Of a stretch of DNA of 50,432 nt, positions 45,545-50,432 are shown piece by piece; position 1 is the first letter of the stretch; each line of letters starts with the position of its first letter. Source of the DNA: Deltaproteobacteria bacterium (GTDB lineage Bacteria > Desulfobacterota > Dissulfuribacteria > Dissulfuribacterales > QOAL01); contig JALWYS010000127.1 of NCBI GenBank assembly GCA_027003115.1, forward strand, positions 1-50,432. Reading direction: 5' to 3'. Both the position numbers and the translations under genes were made by a program. The notes beneath the pieces are model-generated. The model saw nothing but the letters and a program-made list of their open reading frames with translations. It was not told where the DNA came from and made no database searches.

Positions 45545-46483
45545 TTACTGCTTTATGGAGCTCAGGATTTCTTTGGCCTTTTCAATGTCTTTTCTTATCT
45601 GTTCAGCCAGCTCCCTTGGCCCTGAAAAACGCTTTTCATCCCGTATCCTTTCTACCACATTCACCTTTATCTCGTGACCGTAAATGTCCTTGTCAAAATT
45701 GAATATATGGACCTCGGCCCCAAGCCTTCCGTCTCCAAAGGTGGGATTGAATCCTATATTTACAACACCATTATAGAGTTTCTCTCCATGAATCACCTGT
45801 ACCGCATAGACACCCGGTTTTGGACAAAGATCCTCAGGATTTATGGAAAGATTTGCCGTTGGGAAACCAACTACAGGGCCGCCCCTTCTTTTTCCTTTCC
45901 TTACAACGCCCCTTATTTGGTAAAACCTGCCGAGCATCTTGCGTACCATTTTCATGTCGCCCTTTTTTACAAACTCCCGTATTGCAGTGCTGCTGACAAT
46001 GACTCCATCTATTCTTACCGGGGAGATGACATGAACGTTGAAGCCAAGCTTTCTACCCATGTTTTTTAAGAATTCAATGTTGCCTTCCCTGCCCCTACCA
46101 CATGCATAATCGTAACCCACAACAAGGTCCTCAACCCCTATTTTCCCACAGAGAATATCCTCAACAAACTCTGTAGCGCTTGTTTTGGCAAACTCCCTTG
46201 TGAAAGGAAGGCATATCAGGTGTTCTATACCTGCTGCCATTATTAATTCGATCTTCTGTTCAAGGGTGCAGATGAGTTTGGGTGGATTTTCAGGCCTGAG
46301 GACCTTCATGGGATGAGGGTGGAATGTCAGGGCCACCTTGTCACCCGCCTTTTGGTTTGCAAGCTCCACCACCTTCTTGAAAAGCGCCTGATGCCCAAGG
46401 TGAACCCCATCAAAGTTCCCAATGGTGAGAGCGGGCCTGTTAAATGGCCTTTCTATTTCCTCAAGAGCAGTGTATATCTTCAT
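45545..46483 (-). CDS. ribF: Bifunctional riboflavin kinase / FMN adenylyltransferase
   Basis: LTIGNFDGVHLGHQAL, the GYDYACG-type middle segment, GFPTANL, and the C-terminal kinase domain. Confidence 0.93.
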   Translation of the reverse strand: MKIYTALEEIERPFNRPALTIGNFDGVHLGHQALFKKVVELANQKAGDKVALTFHPHPMKVLRPENPPKLICTLEQKIELIMAAGIEHLICLPFTREFAKTSATEFVEDILCGKIGVEDLVVGYDYACGRGREGNIEFLKNMGRKLGFNVHVISPVRIDGVIVSSTAIREFVKKGDMKMVRKMLGRFYQIRGVVRKGKRRGGPVVGFPTANLSINPEDLCPKPGVYAVQVIHGEKLYNGVVNIGFNPTFGDGRLGAEVHIFNFDKDIYGHEIKVNVVERIRDEKRFSGPRELAEQIRKDIEKAKEILSSIKQ

Positions 46484-46527
46484 CTAGGTCCCCGGTAGAC
46501 TGGTCTGGGAAACAGTAATATGACCAC

Positions 46528-46556
46528 TTGACAAGCGCAACACCTGTCTATTTAAT
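46528..46556 (+). promoter_or_regulatory. promoter candidate for tRNA-Leu
   Basis: CTTGACAAG contains TTGACA (46528-46533), followed by a 17-nt spacer and TTTAAT (46551-46556). The tRNA starts at 46570. Confidence 0.5.
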
Positions 46557-46569
46557 TAGCTTTGCACCA

Positions 46570-46657
46570 GCCGAAGTGGCGGAATTGGTAGACGCGCTAG
46601 ATTCAGGATCTAGTGGGAGTTATTCCCGTGGGAGTTCGAATCTCCCCTTCGGCACCA
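46570..46657 (+). tRNA. tRNA-Leu (anticodon CAG), long variable arm
   Basis: Acceptor GCCGAAG/CTTCGGC, anticodon arm CTAGA-TTCAGGA-TCTAG, variable arm TGGGAGTTATTCCCGT, T arm GGGAG-TTCGAAT-CTCCC, discriminator A, and encoded CCA. Confidence 0.92.
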
Positions 46658-46783
46658 TCTCCTGTCTTTTTCAAAATTTTCAGATAGGGACAACCGAAAA
46701 AGGCCTCAAGACTTACTTGGACCCTGCTTTACAATAAAAAAACAGGAACTGAAATAGAGGTCTGTACCCATGCCCTTGGTTGT

Positions 46784-47200
46784 TCAGCTCTTGCCTGAAA
46801 GAAGAACAGCTGCGGAAAGGGCCAATAGCACCCCGAGAACCTGCCTCATCCCAAGTCGTTCGTGAAGAACAATAACGGCAAGTACCACGGTAACCACAGG
46901 GTACAGGGCAGTAAGTGCGGAAATAACGGATATCGGGCCAGTCTTTGCTGCACAGAAGAAAAAGTAGAGTCCAACGGTTCCAAATATCCCTGTGAGTATG
47001 GCATAAAAACTACCTTCCAGATCACTATCCAGACCAGGGCCAAGCAAAAAGACCACCACTATACTGGTGGCCATGACTCCGCATGCCTCATAAAATACTG
47101 AACTTGCTGGTGATATCCTGGCAAGGGAAAGCTTGGGGAAAAATGCCCACAAACCCCAGCACAAAAGCGCAGCAAGAGCGTTTCCCAGCCAAGGATTCAT
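46784..47200 (-). CDS. Single-EamA-domain (half-size DMT) membrane transporter
   Basis: 138 aa with 4-5 TM helices. The sequence is Gly/Ala/Leu-rich and resembles EamA repeats. Confidence 0.65.
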   Translation of the reverse strand: MNPWLGNALAALLCWGLWAFFPKLSLARISPASSVFYEACGVMATSIVVVFLLGPGLDSDLEGSFYAILTGIFGTVGLYFFFCAAKTGPISVISALTALYPVVTVVLAVIVLHERLGMRQVLGVLLALSAAVLLSGKS

Positions 47201-47275
47201 GAGCTTTGTTGGCTCCCTTCCCTGTTTGCCAGTGGCTTAGAAAACAAGGAACCACCTCCTCTTTAGTTGTAATCT

Positions 47276-48487
47276 CTAAACAAGCCGCAAATAACGCCTC
47301 TTGCCCACCTTTAGAATTGACCCAGGAGCTGGTTTTTCTATTTCTTCCTGGCTAAATTTGGATCCGTCAAGGCTGATTGCTCCCTGTTTTATAAGTCGTC
47401 TGGCCTCAGACGTACTTTTTACAAGGCCTGCCTCTTTCAAGACCTTGGGGATATAGATTTTGGACCCTGCATCAGCAGGCAAGGGATATTCTGGAATGTC
47501 CTCTGGAATTTCCCCCTTTGAAAACTGGGCCTCAAATCCCTCCTTTGCCCTTTTTGCCGCCTCTTCTCCGTGGTACCTGGCCACAAGCTCAAAGGCAAGC
47601 TGTTCCTTGGCATCCTTGGGATGCACAGTTCCTTTTTCAATACCCTGCTTGAGTTTTTCTATCTCATCAAGTGACCTTGCACTTAGAAGTTCATAGTAGC
47701 GAAACATAAGCTCATCGGAAATGGACATGAGTTTCCCGAACATGGAACCCGGCTCTTCCGTGATCCCAACATAGTTGCCAAGGGATTTACTCATCTTGTT
47801 GACCCCATCGAGCCCTTCAAGCAGAGGCATGGTAATCACCACCTGCGGCTCCTGCCCATATTCCTTCTGGATGTGCCTGCCCACAAGCAGGTTGAACTTC
47901 TGATCAGTTCCGCCTAGTTCCACGTCTGCCTCAAGGGCCACTGAGTCGTACCCCTGAATCAGTGGATAAATGAACTCGTGGATAGCAATGGGCCTTTGCT
48001 GCTGAAATCTCTGTTTAAAGTCTTCGCGCTCAAGCATTCTTGCTACCGTGTATTTTGCGCAAAGACGTATCATGTCTATGGACGCCATTTTGTTCATCCA
48101 TTTGCTGTTAAAGGCAATCTCTGTCTTATCCTGGTCAAGGATTTTAAATATCTGCTCCTTGTAGGTGGCAGCATTTTCCTGCACCTGCTCTGGGGTCAAG
48201 GGAGGCCTGGTCTCTGACTTGCCTGTGGGATCACCAATAAGGCCTGTGAAATCACCAATAAGGAAAATGACCTGATGGCCAAGTTCCTGAAAGTGGCGCA
48301 TTTTTTGAATAAGGACGGTGTGGCCGAGGTGAAGATCAGGGGCAGTTGGATCAAAACCTGCCTTTATCCTTAGGGGTCTGTCCTCCTTTACTGCCCTTTC
48401 TAGCTTCTTTCTAAGCTCCTCCTCGGAGATGATCTCTACAGCGCCTCTTTTTATCAGCTCCAGTGACTTTTCAATATCCTTTTCCAT
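47276..48487 (-). CDS. tyrS: Tyrosine--tRNA ligase
   Basis: HIGH variant DLHLGH, KMSKS, and a C-terminal S4-like domain ([14 protein letters not shown]). Confidence 0.95.
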   Translation of the reverse strand: MEKDIEKSLELIKRGAVEIISEEELRKKLERAVKEDRPLRIKAGFDPTAPDLHLGHTVLIQKMRHFQELGHQVIFLIGDFTGLIGDPTGKSETRPPLTPEQVQENAATYKEQIFKILDQDKTEIAFNSKWMNKMASIDMIRLCAKYTVARMLEREDFKQRFQQQRPIAIHEFIYPLIQGYDSVALEADVELGGTDQKFNLLVGRHIQKEYGQEPQVVITMPLLEGLDGVNKMSKSLGNYVGITEEPGSMFGKLMSISDELMFRYYELLSARSLDEIEKLKQGIEKGTVHPKDAKEQLAFELVARYHGEEAAKRAKEGFEAQFSKGEIPEDIPEYPLPADAGSKIYIPKVLKEAGLVKSTSEARRLIKQGAISLDGSKFSQEEIEKPAPGSILKVGKRRYLRLV

Positions 48488-48512
48488 TTCTAACCTCTAC
48501 CCACAACCACCG

Positions 48513-50075
48513 CTACTTGGCGTAATCCACCGCCCTGGTTTCCCTTATCACAGTCACCTTTATCTGCCCAGGGTAAGTCAGTTCGCTCTCAATCTTCTTG
48601 GTGATATCCCTGCAAAGCATTGCCGCCTCAGCATCCGATATGGACTCGCTGTTTACAACTATGCGTATCTCACGACCTGCCTGGATGGCAAAGGACTTTT
48701 CAACGCCCTTGAATGAAGTAGCTATACGCTCCAGATCCTCAAGACGCTTGACATAACTTTCAAGCATCTCACGCCTCGCCCCCGGCCTGGCGCCAGAAAG
48801 GGCATCGGCTGCCTGCACAAGCACTGCCAAAACCGACTCTGGCTTCACGTCCTCATGATGGGCAGCAATTGCGTGAATTACATCCCTGGGCTCACCGTAC
48901 TTTTTTGCAAGATCAGCCCCAATGATGGCATGGGAGCCCTCTACTTCGTGGTCAACGGCCTTTCCAATATCGTGAAGAAGGCCGGCCCTTTTTGCCTTTT
49001 TGACATCGACTCCTAGCTCTGCAGCCATTATCCCACACAAAAATGCCACCTCAACCGAGTGCTGAAGAACATTTTGGGCATAGCTCGTCCTGAACTTGAG
49101 CTTTCCAAGGAGCTTGACAAGTTCTGGATGGATTCCATAGACGCCAACGTCAAAGGTGGCCTGCTCACCTGCCTCCCTAATGGCCGCGTCAATCTCCTTT
49201 TCAACCTTGCGGACAACCTCCTCTATCCTCGCAGGATGAATGCGGCCATCCAGGACCAGCCTCTCAAGGGCAACCCTGGCAACCTCTCTTCTCACAGGGT
49301 TAAAACCTGAAAGAAGAACCGCCTCCGGGGTATCATCTATGATGATATCGATCCCTGTAGCAGCCTCAATGGCCTTTATGTTTCTGCCTTCCCGGCCAAT
49401 TATCCGTCCCTTCATCTCTTCGTTGGGAAGGGCAACCACAGAAACTGTACGCTCTGCCACGTATTCTCCAGCGTACCTTGCTATGGCCAGGGCTATTATC
49501 TCCCTTGCCTTTTTGTCAGCAAGGTCCTTTGTCTCTGTCTCTATTTTTCTGAGGAGTTTTCCAGCGTCCTGCCTGACTTCTGCCTCAAAGCTCTTAAGAA
49601 GCTGCTCCTTGGCCTCCTCCTTGGACATACCTGAAATGTGCTCAAGCTTTTCCCTCTGGGCACTAATAAGGGCCTCGATCTCTTTTTCCCTGTCCTTCAG
49701 CCTGCTTTCAGTTGTCTGGATACGCTTTTCTTTTTCAAGGAGTTCAATTTCCTTGGAGTCAACAAGCTCCTTCTTCTTTTCGATCTGCTGTTCCCGTTGT
49801 AGGAGCCTCTTTTCCCTGCTTCTTAACTCGCCTTGCCGCTCAGCAACCTCTCTTTCCGCCTCTTTTTTTAGCTGGAGCGCCTCTTCCTTGGCCTGAACCT
49901 CGGCCTCCTTTAAAAGACGCCTTGCTTCTGCCTCAGCCTCCTTGCGCAGGCGTGATGCCTCCTCAACATCCTGATGGTGTTTTTTGGAAAAAAGGAACCT
50001 TGCGACTCCGTAGCCCACGGCAGCCCCAATGGCCGTGAATAGCAGTAATAACAGTATGGTCGTTATGTCAATCAT
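48513..50075 (-). CDS. rny: Ribonuclease Y
   Basis: N-terminal TM helix, a Glu/Lys-rich coiled coil, KH domain ([11 protein letters not shown]) and HD domain (LLHDIGKA). GGAGG sits 6 nt upstream of ATG 50075. The tracker GTG 50108 is probably too long. Confidence 0.92.
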   Translation of the reverse strand: MIDITTILLLLLFTAIGAAVGYGVARFLFSKKHHQDVEEASRLRKEAEAEARRLLKEAEVQAKEEALQLKKEAEREVAERQGELRSREKRLLQREQQIEKKKELVDSKEIELLEKEKRIQTTESRLKDREKEIEALISAQREKLEHISGMSKEEAKEQLLKSFEAEVRQDAGKLLRKIETETKDLADKKAREIIALAIARYAGEYVAERTVSVVALPNEEMKGRIIGREGRNIKAIEAATGIDIIIDDTPEAVLLSGFNPVRREVARVALERLVLDGRIHPARIEEVVRKVEKEIDAAIREAGEQATFDVGVYGIHPELVKLLGKLKFRTSYAQNVLQHSVEVAFLCGIMAAELGVDVKKAKRAGLLHDIGKAVDHEVEGSHAIIGADLAKKYGEPRDVIHAIAAHHEDVKPESVLAVLVQAADALSGARPGARREMLESYVKRLEDLERIATSFKGVEKSFAIQAGREIRIVVNSESISDAEAAMLCRDITKKIESELTYPGQIKVTVIRETRAVDYAK

Positions 50076-50130
50076 GTGTGGCCTCCAAACTGGATTATAG
50101 TGCCACACCCCATCTAATTTTTATTTTTGA

Positions 50131-50298
50131 AAACGGATATTGGTTGAGATGCAGGGATGGATTTTAATTTGCCACAAACCGGTGAACCCTCTGCACCGTG
50201 GCAAGCTGAATTTTATAAACAACAAAACCCGACTTATTATGCATATATCCAGATCTGCTGCCGCAGAGTGTATAATTCAATCTCACCAGTATCCGTTT
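50131..50298. repeat. 168-bp element bounded by a 19-bp imperfect inverted repeat, with internal hairpins
   Basis: AAACGGATATTGGTTGAGAT (50131-50150) pairs with ATCTCACCAGTATCCGTTT (50280-50298). That gives 19 pairs with one T-G pair and one bulged T. The interior contains TTGCCA...TGGCAA / CGGTG...CACCG (50169-50204) and TCTGC-tgcc-GCAGA. Confidence 0.5.
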
Positions 50299-50432
50299 AT
50301 ATAAAGACCCAGACGGGGTTATAGCAACCAAAAACCCCGCCGTGCCGTGCAGCTGAGTCTATTGAACCTGAGCGAACTCAGGTGGGTGTCATATCCGCTT
50401 CCAACGGAAAGGGCTGTTCTCCCTTTCCACTC

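Noticed and set aside
49240-50038. Plus-strand ORFs 49240-49896 and 49712-50038
   Set aside because: They are Ser/Leu/Phe-rich mirrors of the Glu/Lys-rich coiled-coil region of RNase Y on the opposite strand.
50406-50428. GGAAAGGG-N7-CCCTTTCC hairpin as a terminator
   Set aside because: The window ends 4 nt later, so a following T-run on the plus strand cannot be assessed. On the minus strand it is followed by GTTGG, not a T-run.
1-50432. Search for CRISPR arrays, rRNA genes, prophage, toxin-antitoxin or known defence-system signatures
   Set aside because: I saw no regularly spaced direct repeats and no cas-like, integrase, portal/terminase, restriction or nuclease-helicase type ORFs. Nearly all long ORFs have ordinary metabolic or housekeeping identities.

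Overview
Chromosomal segment, roughly 47-48% GC by eye, from a dissimilatory sulfate/sulfite-reducing bacterium of Desulfobacterota/Thermodesulfobacteriota type. The core is a split dsr locus. It comprises dsrABD (27848-30697, minus), a dsrT-like gene plus dsrMKJOP (34929-40599, minus), and a plus-strand unit of B12-radical-SAM/TPR gene, dsrN-like CbiA-family amidase and a small Asp-variant ferredoxin (40717-44312). Housekeeping genes surround it: an EF-G paralog, efp, epmA, trmJ-like, ppaC, thiD, thiC, glgC, glyQ/glyS, ribF, tyrS, rny, tRNA-His and tRNA-Leu. Seven less ordinary items stand out. (1) A near-consensus sigma-54 promoter precedes a two-gene unit: a lipoprotein with a Gly/Ala-rich insertion, and a 677-aa secreted protein ending in a retropepsin-like DTGA domain. 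(2) Four genes look translationally coupled: a periplasmic-binding-like protein, a HAMP histidine kinase, a sigma-54 activator and a TonB-dependent receptor. (3) Two divergent YkgJ-type Cys-cluster paralogs plus HEAT/TPR and TPR proteins sit between dsrABD and dsrMKJOP. (4) A small zinc-ribbon ORF is interrupted by an in-frame TGA. (5) A short exosortase-family protein and a partner membrane protein have no visible cargo. (6) An IS3 transposase remnant lies next to tRNA-His at the window edge. (7) A hairpin-dense region with a 19-bp inverted repeat lies upstream of rny. I saw no CRISPR array, rRNA, prophage or recognisable defence system. All functional calls come from reading the translated ORFs and motifs by eye; no database search was run.
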